Part shown: positions 1 to 13,320 of the stretch, one piece after another
Numbering within the stretch: position 1 is the first letter of the stretch
Layout of the letters: each line of letters opens with the position of its first letter
Assembly: GCA_951406725.2 (NCBI GenBank)
Contig: OX597815.1
Coordinates: 200,012,001-200,076,000, forward strand
Direction of reading: 5' to 3'
Origin: Octopus vulgaris
Taxonomy: Eukaryota
DNA length: 64,000 nucleotides
Translations under genes and position numbers: made by a program
Notes under the pieces: generated by a model
Databases searched by the model: none
What the model was told of the DNA's origin: nothing
The model's input: only the letters and a program-made list of their open reading frames with translations

Positions 1-189
1 AAATATAGGAAACTAAATGTCATTGAATCAGGGAATAGAACGTAAAAAAAAGGAAAAAGCGGGGAAGTGTTCTACAGGATAATAACTCCTTTTAAAGAGA
101 ATCAAGAGCTGTGGAACAAATAAATTACATTTAATGCAGTATTCTATTTAGAAAAAAAAAAGAGAGAGAGAGAGAGAGAGACATTTTTC

Positions 190-870
190 TGTAATTGAAT
201 AAGAGAAGAAATTAAAGTTTCGAAACATTCAAGCAAAATGGCTGTTATAGAAAGAAATGGTCAACGTTGCTTTGATCCTTAAATAACAAAGACGGAATCG
301 ACGTAATGAAAGAGACGTGTGAAAGGTACGCTTGATCAGCTAGAAGTAGTAACCAAAAACTCTCTCAAAATAACACCTTTTGCTTTGCATAGGAAAAAAA
401 AAAGAAATGTGTTTGGTAATGATCTAGATAAATATGACGCAATGATTAAAAGATCGAATGTCTTTGATCTAAGGCATTCGTGATCAGGGATAAAAATCAC
501 ACCATCACCTCCACTACCGAGGCTGCCGGCAAGAATGTTAACAGAAAATACAATGTATTGGCAATGTTTACAAATGTGAAACCACGGGAAAGAAGTTGAA
601 AGAGCCGGATCTAGCTGTTGATGGAAAAACAAAACCCTAAACGAAAGGGTTTAAACACACTTATATGAACTAGTAGGATCTGTGGAAATCCCATGTTGTC
701 GAAAGCGTATCTTTCGAAAGTGTTTTATTATGTTAAAGATTTCGATTAAGTCTTTTCATTTCGTTCCAACCGTGGATGTCCCCTTATTTTTACAATTATG
801 TACTACTATATTATCAAATGTCTCCTTTCATCATCTAAAACGGTTGGGTGTCATTTGTGGCAGAATTGCA
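190..870 (+). pseudogene. Very degenerate L1/Tx1-like LINE ORF2 remnant (possible)
   Basis: Only patchy resemblance to RT motifs: gatctaaggcattcg (~466, KAF-like) and ggatgtcccctt (~774, GCPL). No continuous frame. Confidence 0.3.
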
Positions 871-917
871 TGGCAGCAGCTTAATGACTACAAGCAGTAG
901 TAGAATAAAAGAAAACG

Positions 918-979
<62 letters not shown>

Positions 980-1689
980 GTATATAGAGGAATTTAATGT
1001 AATGTAATATAAGTTCGGTATTGAAGAATTTGAGAATATAAAATATGTGAAGATGAATTTCAGAGTATAGTTTGAGAAGGAATAATAGTTATCAATACAT
1101 ACATCCAGTGATCCACAGAAAGAGATCAAAGTCGACAGAGAGTAAATCAAAGGATACTTTTAATCTTTGAAATATGCACTGAACGCAATCTGTTTCATGG
1201 ATTTTCTGACAACCCATAAATTTAAATCGTGACGCTTGGAGAGTTATTTAGGAACGAAAAAGAAAGAAAAAGACAGCAGTTGCCTAATTGCCAATGAAAG
1301 AATATATTTTAAGAAGAAAAACAGATTCATTGGCAATAACTTTTCCCTAATTATCACAGTAAAACAAAAAGGAAAACCGCATAAAAATGAGCTTTGGACG
1401 TGTTACGAAAATGCAGAGTAAGCAAAAATCAATACAACACAAGCCATGAGTACACACAAATGATACAAAGGCACGACGAAAGAAAGTTTAAAGACAGAGT
1501 TTGAATCGCAAATACTTGTTTTGACATACGGAACAAGAACGGCATAACATAATTAACCGAGAGTATAAGCATGAAATGGAAAAGTAGCAAAATATTCGAA
1601 CCCTATGAAATAAAAGCAAAACATGTTATCTTTCACTGCAAAAGCTATTTAAATATGAGATGAGATATATGTAGTAAATGGTTACACTT

Positions 1690-2560
1690 CGGCGAACACC
1701 TGTTACAGAACTGGCAAGCATCACCTGATTTGATGGTCCACCCTATCAAATGTCTTGGAGTGGACCAAATAGACCAATGCCCCTCCGAAGTCAGATGTAT
1801 TCCCGACGAGTTTTACGATGTATCGCATAAAGTGGAGGTTGTCGTGAATAAACCAATTGAGGACCGGACAGGTTTTGTACCTTCCTAATTACACTACCGA
1901 CAACAAGCGCTAGCCTTTTGGCGAGCACCTTATCTAAAATCTTTAATTCAGTGTTGAGTAGAGTTATGAGTATGAAGTTTCAGTTACGTACTCCTTATTC
2001 GGAACCTTCCCCAGCAGAGTCACCACTACCCAGCTCACTCGATTCGGAATGTCCCCAGTGTGTTGCCAGGTGCTGTAGATGACTGCCAAAACCGGATCAA
2101 ACAAGTCAGATATGTGGAAATATAGTTCATAAGGGCAGAAAATTCAATCTCTAATCCTAACCCAGAGCAGCTCAGTATATCTGCTTTTCGAAACACTCAC
2201 AATTGGCTTCTCTCAACACCCAATCTCTTTGTCCGATAGGCATGGCATACCACTGGCTCAAGTATGCCAATCCTCGAAAAGAGGTCAGCGAGGTGCTGTC
2301 GAGACACCGCACTCATCTGTTTGGAATCGGAGTGCACACAGCCGCTACAGTCCATCACAGACCGAATTATAGATTTGTTGGAGTGATGTGCCTTCCCCAC
2401 TCAGGCCTAACCAACGGCTTTTGAGCCTTCATGCTTCCAGGCACGCACTTTAGCTCGGAAAATACAGCCGCTGTGTCTCATGTCGAAGAAATGGTCTAGT
2501 GTCATTCTCGCTGTCATACTGACCTCTTCTATGGCTAGCACATCATACTAAACCCTTCTA
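1690..2560 (-). pseudogene. L1/Tx1-like non-LTR retrotransposon ORF2 (reverse transcriptase) remnant
   Basis: The minus strand translates, with frameshifts, to NFILITLLNTELKILDKVLAKRLALVVGSVI, IHDNLHFMRYIV and GGALVYLVHSKTFDRVDHQ, matching the N-terminal conserved LINE RT motifs. ORF 2197..2400 is the EN-RT linker. Confidence 0.85.
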
Positions 2561-3109
2561 AATGCCTCTTGTAAGATACTAGTTTATTTTCAATTCTATT
2601 GCTTTCTAAGTACGCAACTGGTATTTTATTTTAGCGACCACAAAATAAAGGAAATGAAATTCAGCCACAAAGGAATGATGACGATGATGATGATAATAAT
2701 AATAATACTAATAATGATAATGATAATAGAGATAGATTTTAATTAAAGAATGCCAAGCGACATATACATGGACATTGATGTTAGGACAACTTACAATCTT
2801 CCGTCTAACATTTTACAGTTTTCCTATATTCTTATTCAAGACACAGATAAACATACAGATAGTTAGATAGGTAGAGACATAGAAAAGTAGGTAGGTAGAT
2901 GAGTAGATAGCTTAATAGATTGTTGGATACATTGATTTACAAAAAGAAAAAAAGGGTTCGAAAATATCAAATAAGTTGAAGAATATGAAGTTAAAATTAA
3001 AGTGATAAGAAGAGGAAATTAGTGTAGACAACTTTATAGTGTGTGTGTGTGCGTGTATTAGATATATACATATAGAAACATGCATATCTGTATAAGCACA
3101 TATACATAC

Positions 3110-3541
3110 CCATATATTTATATATATATATTTATATTCGTTACATTTACATACATGCATATATATATATATATGCATGCATACATGTACATATATATAT
3201 ATATGCATACATGTACATATATATATATATATATATGCATGCATACATACATGTACATATATATATATATATGCATGCATACATACATGTACATATATAT
3301 ATATGCATGCATACATACATGTACATATATATATATATATGCATGCATACATACATGTACATATATATATATATATGCATGCATACATACATGTACATAT
3401 ATATATATATATATATATATGCATACATGTACATATATATATATATGCATACATGTACATATATATATATATATGCATACATGTACATATATATATATAT
3501 ATGCATACATGTACATATATATATATATATATATGCATACA

Positions 3542-3581
<40 letters not shown>

Positions 3582-3593
3582 TACATGTACATA

Positions 3594-3631
<38 letters not shown>

Positions 3632-3760
3632 CATATTTATATATACATGCATACATGTATATGCATAAATACGTGCATATATCTATACTTACATACATAT
3701 ATATTTAGATATTTATACACACACACACACGCACACACACATATATATACATATATACAT
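3110..3760. repeat. Compound minisatellite: gcat(gcatac)acatgtac units separated by variable (AT)n
   Basis: About a dozen tandem units visible at 3150-3600. Source of the YI/CM-rich ORFs. Confidence 0.95.
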
Positions 3761-3761
3761 A

Positions 3762-5020
3762 CAGGGGTTGGACAAAACAATGGAAACACCTTAAAATTTC
3801 AAGCAAATTTATTTTAATATGGGGTAGGACCGCCATTGGCAGTAATTACAGCTTGAATTCTACGAGCTATGGACTCGTACAAAGTTTGAATTTTTTTCCA
3901 AAGGAATTTTTGTCCATTCCTCAGGTAAAACAGTCTCCAGAACTTGTAGTGATGATGGTGGGGGATATCGAATCCTTCTTTGTTTTCTAAAATGCACCAT
4001 TAATGTTCAATAATATTGAGATCTGGGGACTGTGGGGGCCAGATAAAATGTTCAACTTCACTAGATTGTTCTTCGTGCCATTCAGCAAAAACTTTAGTTG
4101 TGTAAATAGGTTCATTATCATCCTCAAAGATTGCGTTTCTGCAACCATAGGATAAATTTGATCAGATAAACTGCTTAAATAGTCTTGACTATTAATTCTG
4201 CCATGAAGGGAAAGCGTTGGACCAGCGGATTTTCAAGATATAGCCCCACCAGATCATTACAGATCCTCCTCCATGTTTAACAGTTTAAAGAAGGCAGTCT
4301 GGTTCTAAAGCTTCTTATAGCTGTCTCCAAACGTATACTCGGCCAGTGGTCGGAAATAAGGTAAAAGATGACTCGTCCGAGAAAATAACATTTTTCCTCT
4401 GCCCTAGGGACTAATTTTGTAAGTTTTTACTCCACTCTAAACGCGTTGCGATGTTGGTTTTTGAAAGTAGCGATTTTCTGATTGTAGACCTCCCGTGAAA
4501 TCCGGTTTTGTGCAGCTCCCGGCGAACAGTTTTTATGGAAACTGGATTCTCGAGGTGGTCATAAAGCTCTGCAGTAATTTTGGGAGGAGCTGTACTTTTG
4601 TGGTTCTTTCTAACAATTCGCATATGAGTCTGCCGGTCCCTACTTGAAAGTTTTTGTTTCGTTCCGGAGTTTTGATTTGAGGAGTAGGTTTTTCCTTTTT
4701 TCTCAGAGGATGTCATTACTTTTCAGACGGTACATCTTGATACACCAAACATTTCGGCTGTTTTCGTTACGCTAGCCCCTGCCATACGAGCACCAACAAT
4801 ATCACCTCTTTGACACTCCGATAGATCTGTTATTTTAATGAGTTTTAATTATCTTTTCAAATGATATCTGAAAAGAAGCAGTAATTGTAGCAAAACATAT
4901 TAAGCAACGCTAATAATAAATCAAAAAACATAAAAATAAACAAGCTTTTAACGATTTTATAGATATTTCAAAATTATGATCTATGATGCTGGGTGTTTCC
5001 ATTATTTAGTCCAACCTTTG
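3762..5020 (-). mobile_element. Full-length Tc1-family DNA transposon with pseudogenised transposase
   Basis: TIRs caggggttggacaaaacaatggaaacacc / ggtgtttccattatttagtccaacctttg, with TA on both sides (3760-61, 5021-22). Confidence 0.95.
3814..4833 (-). pseudogene. Tc1 DDE transposase pseudogene
   Basis: DLSECQRGDIVGARMAGASVTKTAEMFGVSR (HTH), FSDESSF, VKHGGGSVMIW, FEDDNEP, WPPQSPDLNIIEH, ending GGPTPY*. The start codon reads ATA and there are internal stops and frameshifts. Confidence 0.92.
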
Positions 5021-5022
5021 TA

Positions 5023-5025
5023 TAC

Positions 5026-5061
<36 letters not shown>

Positions 5062-5156
5062 CTCTCTTTCTATATATATATATGTGTGTACATGCATATA
5101 TATATATATATATATATACATACATATCTCTCTTTCTATATATATATGTGTGTACA

Positions 5157-5193
<37 letters not shown>

Positions 5194-5218
5194 CTTTCTA
5201 TATATATATGTGTGTACA

Positions 5219-5257
<39 letters not shown>

Positions 5258-5286
5258 CTCTCTTTCTATATATATATGTGTGTACA

Positions 5287-5323
<37 letters not shown>

Positions 5324-5892
5324 CTCTCTTTCTATATATATATGTGTGTACATGCATATATATAAGTATACATATACATATATATGTGAATACATATATA
5401 TATGTATACATGTATATATGTATACATATACATATATATATGTATACATATACCGATATATATGTATAAATATGCATATATATGTGTATACATATACCGA
5501 TATATATGTATAAATATGCATATATATGTGTATACATATATATGAGTATACGTATACATATATATGTGTATACGTATACATGTGTATATGTATACACATA
5601 TATATGTGTGTATACATATATATATATATATATGTGTGTATACATACACATATATGTGTATACATATATATAAATGTCTACACACATATACATATATGTA
5701 TATATATATATATATATGTCAATATATGTCTATATATATATATAAATGTATACACACATATACATATATGTATATATATATATGTCAATATATGTCTATA
5801 TATATATATTATATATATATGTATATATACTTATATGTATATATACATATATATTATATATGTATATATACATATATTATATATATATAAGA

Positions 5893-5926
<34 letters not shown>

Positions 5927-6205
5927 GTGTATATAGACATATATAGACAGATGTATATATGTATAGGTATGTATATATATGTATATATATATATACATAC
6001 TTATACCGTATATATATACATATATATACATATTTATACATATATACATATATACATCTACACGTATCCATACATATATACTTGTATAGATATACATGCA
6101 TACATATACATACATGTATATAGATATATACATACATATACACGCAGACACAGACAAATAAGTATGTATACATACATACATACAAACACACGCACGCACA
6201 CTGAC

Positions 6206-6252
<47 letters not shown>
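5023..6252. repeat. Compound (TA)n-rich micro/minisatellite with repeated tctctctttcta...gtgtgtacatgca units, ending in (GA)n
   Basis: Five units at 5050-5360, followed by degenerate TA/CA/TG runs. Confidence 0.95.
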
Positions 6253-6949
6253 AATAAAGCGAGCGAAAGAAATGAGAAAGGGAATTGGTGGAAATCTAAT
6301 TTCCACCAGACTGGGGGTCGTCATGAGATTGGTGTTAGCCATCGATATTTCAAACGCGTCAAAAATGATTGCATTAGAACTTCCCTGAAAGCTGGCAGAT
6401 TTCCCAGTCTATACGATACAAATGTGTTATAGAACAACAGTAACAAGTCGAAAGCAAGTTTTTAACCTTCATATGATATATATATATATTCAATTATTTA
6501 TACAACTCAGTCGAGTTTTACCATCTTTGCATGCTGTTTCTAATGTCACGATACAATCAAACGTTATTTGACTGAAAGTCTGGCTTTTATTATTATTATT
6601 ATCATTATTAATATTATTATTTTATTTCTTCGAACTGACCCGCTACCTATATATACATACATACATACATACATACTTACATACATGTCTTCAGCCACTA
6701 ATATATTGAGAATTATTGTACATGTCCTTTCATTATCTTTGGGAATATTCAACCTGAATAACAAACGATAACTAATAATGATAATAACAACAACGAAATA
6801 AAAGGCAAGAACCACAACAGCAACAATAACCAAAACAAATCTAGCACTACAAAAGAAACAGCGACACCAACAACAACATCAAGAACCAAAGCATGAAGAA
6901 TACAGGAAGTAGAATAAAGGTGGCAGAAACGTCAGTATAAGGAGGGGAA

Positions 6950-7329
6950 GCACTCCGTCGGTTACGACTGCGAGGGTTCCGGTTGATCCGATCAATGGAA
7001 CAGCCTGCTCGTGAAATTAACGCGTAAGTGGCTGAGCACTCCACAGACACGTGCACCCTTAACGTAGTTCTCGGGGATATTCAGCGTGACACAGAGAGTG
7101 ACAAGGCCGGGCCTTTGAAATACAAGGTACAACAGAAACAGGAAGTAAGAGTGAGAGAAAGTTGTGGTGAAAGAGTACAGCAGGGATCACCACCATCCCC
7201 TGCCGGAGCCTCGTGGAACTTTAGGTGTTTTCGCTCAATAAACACTCACAACGCCCGGTCTGGGAATCGAAACCGCGATCCTACGACCGTGAGTCCGCTG
7301 CCCTAACCACTGGGCCATTGCGCCTCCAC
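6950..7329 (-). mobile_element. tRNA-derived SINE, head type B with tail module i
   Basis: Head gtggaggcgcaatggcccagtggttaggg (A box) ... ggtttcgattccc (B box). Near-identical to 60159-60537. Imperfect flanking direct repeat tataa.gagggg.ag. Confidence 0.88.
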
Positions 7330-7539
7330 TATAAAGAGGGGCAGTAAACAAAGAGAGCGAGTTTACAATAGCTACAAAGGTAACTGTAACGATATCGCCA
7401 TCTATTTTTTTGTCCGCCACTTGGTGTCGGATGAAAGGAGTTTAACTGAACGTGCTTTTGGAGAACCGAAACTTCAACTGCGTGTGTATCTGAGTATAGG
7501 AGTTTGAGGAGGAGTTGTGTGTGTATAGAGTACAGGACG

Positions 7540-7565
7540 ATGTTGTTTGAAAAGATTCTTTCCAG
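7540..7565 (+). CDS. Candidate coding exon 1 of a putative 83-aa gene
   Basis: ATG at 7540 (MLFEKILS) with an in-frame upstream stop, then donor CAG|gtcagt. Phase 2 matches the acceptor at 10339. Confidence 0.25.
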
Positions 7566-7654
7566 GTCAGTTTATTTTATACTGTTTCTTGGTAGTCGGA
7601 CGGAGTTAATTTTTAGCCATTTTGGAAAAAAGTTATTTACTTAACTCGTAGGTC

Positions 7655-7915
7655 TGACTACTACCACTACCACCTAAATCACCACCACCGCCGCCTCTAC
7701 TACTACTACTACTACTACTGCTACTAATACTACTGCTACTACTACTACTACTGTTGCTGCTGCTGCTACTACTACTGTTGCTGCTGCTGCTACTACTACT
7801 GCTGCTGCTGCCACTACTACTACTACTGCTGCTGTTGCTGCTGCCACTACTACTACTACTCCTCCTCCTCCTATTACTACTACTACTACTACTACTCCTA
7901 CTACTACTACTACTC
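7655..7915. repeat. (CTA)n/(CTG)n triplet repeat
   Basis: Direct inspection. Confidence 0.95.
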
Positions 7916-7929
7916 ATTTCAACGTGTCC

Positions 7930-8350
7930 TGTTTTGCGGTATTCGTTCCGGTGTTTTTACGTTCTGGGTTCAAATTCTGCCGAGGTCAATATTTACCTTA
8001 ACATCTTTTCACAGTCGATAACATAAAGTACCGGTCAAAGTACCGGGGACGATATATACCGGACCAACTTCCTCTCGCTAAAGCTATTGGCCTTCTGCCA
8101 AACTTTTGAACTGATTATAATGCCGTGTTTGCAGAATCGCTAGCGCATCGAACAAATTGCTTACTTGTACTTCTTCCAGCTTTTCACTTCCTGTGTTCAA
8201 ATTTAGCTGAGATCAACTTTGCCTTTCATCCTTTTGGAGTCGATAAAAGAAATGCTATGTGGGAACCGGTGGCTCAATCGAAATACTACTAGTCGAGCAC
8301 TGAGGCTTTCTTCCCTAAAAATATGCTGTCCTTGTGTCTAAGTTCGAAAT
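7930..8350 (+). mobile_element. Two degenerate SINE type C copies
   Basis: gttctgggttcaaattctgccgaggtcaa and gatcaactttgcctttcatccttttggagtcgataaa match the type C body. Confidence 0.6.
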
Positions 8351-8379
8351 AATATCTAATTATTAGTGTTTTTACCTTA

Positions 8380-8850
8380 GATTTGTTTTCATTAGTCAGG
8401 ACTAAAATCAAATTCTATTCATGACGATCGCGTCTTTTTAGGTTTACATAGGGTTACGTCATTGCTTTTGTCCTTATTATTTAAGCTCAGGTTAACCATG
8501 ACCGTCCTTCGTTTTTCTTACATGCTGAAAACTCAGTGGAAATTCATCCAGCGTGTACGTTTCTGAAAAAAAACCCCCACCTTATGGTGTGATTTGAAAC
8601 AAATTTTCCTGCTGTATGTAGCAGGTCAAGCAACCGAGTAGAGGCTCTTTTGTTTATTCGTTTATTAGTGTTCAGTCTCCTAGCTAGAAATTACAGTCAA
8701 ATGATCATGAAATCAGCTTGCTATCATAAATAAGGAAATGATACGTTATATAATGTAATCCTATATAACCCTTAAAAAATGGAATAGTCATGTCCAGAAT
8801 GTCTTCGGATATACGCCTGTTCAGTTAGGACTGACCTAGCGAAAACTACT
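8380..8850. mobile_element. Two old copies of interspersed repeat family E in opposite orientation
   Basis: gctagaaattacagtcaaa...agaatgtcttcggat...gactgacctag resembles 15030-15210. The reverse complement of 8590-8650 matches the same family. Confidence 0.45.
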
Positions 8851-8923
8851 ACTACTATTGCTACTACTACTACTACTACTACTACTTGTAAAGGAAACAA
8901 ATATGCTTGCGAGGGATCGACTA

Positions 8924-9758
8924 CGTGGTTTGATCAATAAGTATCAAACTGTTGCCATAGTAATGAAGCTAAATCACACAGAGAGAAACCGCTTGGTACA
9001 GATTGACTTTCAGCTCTGCCGTGTATGAGCAGTAAGTTTTAACGTTCTAGCTCACTTTTACTGTTTACAGCAGTGCTTAGAAGGAACGTGTGTAGCGTGT
9101 GATCATTGCGTTGACCATGACAGAGAAAGTCGAGTAGAGGATCTGCATCAAATTTTGCAAAAAGCTTGGCAATACCTGCTCAGAGGCCAAATTTTTCAAG
9201 TTTTCATCGTTCAAAGAAATCTTGTGGAACTGAAACCCGTGTGTCTTTTTGGTCAGCTGAAAGCGGTTTGGGCACAAACATGTGAGACACCCGTCTCATA
9301 CCCAAATCTTCAGCAATAACGGACTGAACTGAACAGCAACTAATCCGCGCATCTGATAACTCACGATTTCCCCTCACAGCTGCATGCACATCTGTGATGT
9401 TTTTCTCAGTTCTGCTGGTTGCGGGTCTCTCAGAACATTCATCAATATCGACATTTTCCACCATCTTGGAAATGTCTGAACTACTCCTACACCTGTGTGC
9501 GGCTCATACACTCCTCTCCATACACTTTCTGCAACTTTGCGTAAGCCTTTGAGTAGGTATCCTCATGACAACTTTCTCTGCCATGGTCAATGCGATGATC
9601 ACACGCTACACACCTTCCTTCCAAGTACTGCTGTAAATAGCAGTAGTGAGCGAGAACATTAAAACTTAGTGTGCATACACAGCAGTGTTTAAGGTTCATC
9701 GTCGTGCTTTAGCATCGTTTCCATGGCAACAGTCCGGATACTTATTGATCAGATTGCG
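8924..9758. mobile_element. Mariner derivative built from two inverted 5' ends
   Basis: TIRs (tgatcaataagtatc..actgttgccat) with TA flanks. Plus strand encodes MTEKVE*RICIKFCKKLG; minus strand encodes KAYAKLQKVYGEECMSRTQV...EDLGMRRVSHMFVPKPLS (WVPxxL-like motif). Confidence 0.88.
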
Positions 9759-10338
9759 TATGTGGTGGATCGACTTTCTGTACAAGAAATATAAAATAAA
9801 TCTGCATTAAACAGGATACTTTCTTAAATAAGAGGAATGTTTGAGAAAATATCTGATCTGCTGCACGCTAATGTAGGATGGTCACTGCTAGAACGGAATT
9901 GATCATAGAGCTGTTCAATTAAAGATGACCTGGTGTTAAATAAGTGACTGACAAAAATTTTACGCAGTGTATTAATATGACTGAAGAATCTTATTTAAAA
10001 AAAAACAATGGAAATAATAGAGAGATATAGGACAATTTAGTCCACGATATAGAAGAAAACGAATTGGTCACAATCAGAATACATTTCATCATAGATATAT
10101 TTAATTAATCTTTTGTCAAATAAGCACCTAAATATAACAAGAACAGAGCGCATTAATTCACAATCGTATTTTAAAATCCAATAGAAATAAAAGAGATTAG
10201 GGATGTTTTAAGATTAGGAAAAATATATTCTCCTCTACAATACGTGGCCCTCTATTTCTCTTCTTCAATGAAAGAGCTGATGCCGAAAACTTTAGTCTTT
10301 TCCTATCTTTCTGGTAACTATTATTCTGCTTACTACAG

Positions 10339-10472
10339 TTCTTATATGTATCAAACCAAATCACTTGATACAGAACAAAATCACTTAAAAAAAGAAAAAA
10401 AAGATAAAGCAAAAATAAGAACTATCCTGTTTGAGTGGTGTTCAAAATGGACAGGTATAGCAACTGTATATG
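10339..10472 (+). CDS. Candidate internal exon (death-domain-like segment)
   Basis: Acceptor ttattctgcttactacag, consensus donor G|gtaagt, open frame SYMYQ...KIRTILFEWCSKWTGIATVY. Lies in non-repetitive sequence. Confidence 0.4.
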
Positions 10473-12214
10473 GTAAGTGTAAATCTATTGTACTATGCCT
10501 CATTTAGCATCTCTCTTATGCAAGGTGTATAGTTGCTGCTTTATTTTAATCTAGCTAGCATTTATCCTGTTTAGCGTCACTTAATTATCAATTTAACAAA
10601 AAATGATTAATTGGTGATTAGCTGTCAGCATCCCCGAGTGATACAAGGAAGTTAGAGGCAAGGATTATATCTTTAAACCGGCTGATGAGCATTCGAATCC
10701 AGAAATGTAAATGCATTTGGTTTACGCTTCCCACAAGCTGATTTTGCTTTAGAAATGCCTTAACATGGCTAAAATCCTCAAGTTCTTGATAGTAAAAGAA
10801 TACGTTTATAACCTTCAACGGTACACAATGATGCAACTAAAGAAGTTTTGTGGAACGGCTATATAACTCTGCAAGATAGAATTGTTCATAGATTCCATTT
10901 GCGAGTTAAAATCCGGAGCGAAATTATTTAAACTTTCACTTTATCGGAAGCTGTGAAATAACTGCTTATAATAAATAGAGTGACTGCAGAGGTAAAAACA
11001 ATTGCTTAGTGAATAATATATTGACCTACCAGTTTATGAATGATGAGCCTACATCCGTTGCTGGCATTTTGTTGAATGTCTCTATAGGAGAAATAATCTT
11101 TACATATCTCAGTTTTCCTAGCCGTAGTTAAGTAGGTATTAAATATTTTAGTAAGGCAACCTATCAAAGATAGGTGTCCATGCACAGAACAGAACATTAA
11201 ACACTACTAGCTTTATGAGACTCTGTCACTTCAGTAGACAATGCTTTCATTATTTATACAGAGCACTGCCGTAGCAGAAACAATACACTTCCGGCCTAAA
11301 TGTATTGAAGTATTTAGTTGTGTCTCTTTATATGATAGGTTCAAATCCCACGAGAGAGAGAGACTCAGTCTTTCAAATACCAGAATGCACTTGGACTGAT
11401 TGAGTTGCCTATATATATACGTATCCTCTGTAACTTTACGTCACTGTATCGCTGTCAGAAATCAATAGAGGGAACGAGAGGAGAATATTTTTGTATAGAG
11501 AAGATTAGTTCACTTCTTATCAGTATTTTTACTTTCCTTCGTGGCTTACTGCTGATTTAGTAAAAAAAAATATTTGAAATAAATAAAAAATAAATTACTG
11601 GCGCATTACATATTGAAGGTAAAAAATAATTGGTGTACTTCGTAAGGGGAACAAAAAACAGAAACTACGTCTTTAAAGAAAAAAAATTTAGAAAACAACG
11701 TATTAAAAACTGTTGCTTCCCCTGTTTTATTAATCATACTTTTGTATAACAAAATTTCGAAAGACATGTTTTTTTAAGATGTTCTGACATTTGTATTGAG
11801 TTTCTGAAGCCTGAAATTAAAAAAAAAAAAAAAGGCAGAAAAACCCTGCGGTGCATTTAGATATTACATGCAATGTGGGAATCATCGAATTAGGTGTTAA
11901 GGTATCGTAGGCGATAGAGCTGCAACGCAAAACTTGATAACTTAGGTAGATAGCGTGGTGGCTTTTGGAGGTTTATGAGATAAAAATTATCCGTTCGCTC
12001 GGAAAGAAATAATAACTAGTGAATGCGGGAAAGGGATAAGTAGGATATATACTGTTTAGGGGATTTTGTGGATACCACAGTATGCAATTTTGAAATGAAT
12101 ATGTTTTACTGTACAAATACGGTTTGATTATGTGTATAAGAGGAAGAAAAACCGTGGCAGAGGAGGAGGAGTTTTGCTACAAAAGTAAGAGAAAAAGGAC
12201 ACAATTGCAATTAA

Positions 12215-12626
12215 TACTCTCTTTACTCTTTTACTTGTTTCAGTTATTTGACTGCGGCCATGCTGGAGCACCGCCTTTAGTCGAGCGATTCGACACCAGG
12301 CCCTATTCTTTGGAAGCCTAGTGCTTATTCTATCGGTCTCTTTTGCCGAACCGCTAAGTTACGGGGACGTAAACACACCAGCATCGGTTGTCAAGCGATG
12401 TTTGGGGGGGGACAAACACAGACACACAAACATACACACACTCATACACTTTTAAATATACATATATACGATGAGTTTCTTTCAGTTTCCTTACACCAAA
12501 TCCACTCACAAGGCACTGGTCGGCCCGAGGCTATAGTAGAAGACACTTGCCCAAGGTGCCACGCAGTTGGAATGAACCTGGAACCATGTGGTTGGTAAGC
12601 ACGCTACTTACCACACAGCCACTCCT
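12215..12626 (-). mobile_element. tRNA-derived SINE type A (internal microsatellite, LINE-like 3' tail)
   Basis: Head aggagtggctgtgtggtaag...ggttca; tail ggcggtgctccagcatggccgcagtcaaa..actgaaacaagtaaaagag. More than 10 copies in the window. Confidence 0.9.
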
Positions 12627-12740
12627 AGGCTAGAGTAAAGAACATCGATGGTTAGTTTATCTAATGTCTAAATTTTATGATTAACGCCCTTTCGTGTACC
12701 TATATCAAGCCAGAAAGAAATAAACAGGTTAAAGAAATAA

Positions 12741-13320
12741 GGCGGCCAGCTGGCAGAAACGTTAACACTCCGGGCGAAATGCCTAGTGGTATTTCGTCCG
12801 CCGTTACGTTCTGAGTTCAAATTCCGCCGAGGTCGACTTTAGCTGTCATCCTTTCGGGGTCGATATATTAAGTACCAGTTACGCACTGGGGTCGATGTAA
12901 TCGACTTAATCCGTTTGTCTCTCCTTGCTTGTTCTCTCTGTGTTTAGCCCCTTGTGGGTAGTAAAGAAATAGGTATTTCGTCCGCCGTTACGTTCTGAGT
13001 TCAAATTCCGCCGAGGTCGACTTTGCCTTTCATCCTTTCGGGGTCTGTAAATTAAGTACCAGTTACGCACTGAAGTTTATATAATCCACTTAATCCGTTT
13101 GTCTCTCCTTGCTTGTTCTCTCTGTGTTTAGCCCCTTGTGGATAGTAAAGAAATAGGTATTTCGTCCGCCGTTACGTTCTGAGTTCAAATTCCACCGAGG
13201 TCGACTTTACCTTTCATCCTTTCGGGGTCGATATATTAAGTACCAGTTACGCACTGGGTTCGATGTAATCGACTTAATCCCTTTGTTTGTCCCTTCTTGA
13301 GGGCAATAAAGAAATAAGAA
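12741..13320 (+). mobile_element. SINE type C tandem trimer (184-bp period)
   Basis: ggtatttcgtccgccgttacg recurs at 12788, 12972 and 13156. B-box-like gagttcaaattcc. Confidence 0.9.

Noticed and set aside
2912-6388. Long ORFs rich in YI/CV/HT (also 25388-27600, 41167-44335, 48162-49429)
   Set aside because: Translations of dinucleotide and tetranucleotide microsatellites, open in several frames on both strands.
7633-8026. Poly-Ser/poly-Leu ORFs
   Set aside because: Triplet repeat with no splice or domain context.
10681-10700. CTGATGA here, and similar heptamers at ~9981, 21028, 36022, 58096 and 62119
   Set aside because: No compatible stems or correctly placed GAAA/UH; expected by chance.
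12398-12598. Recurrent ORFs ending in VEDTCPRCHAVGLNPEPCGW
   Set aside because: Antisense reading of SINE A copies, not a gene family.
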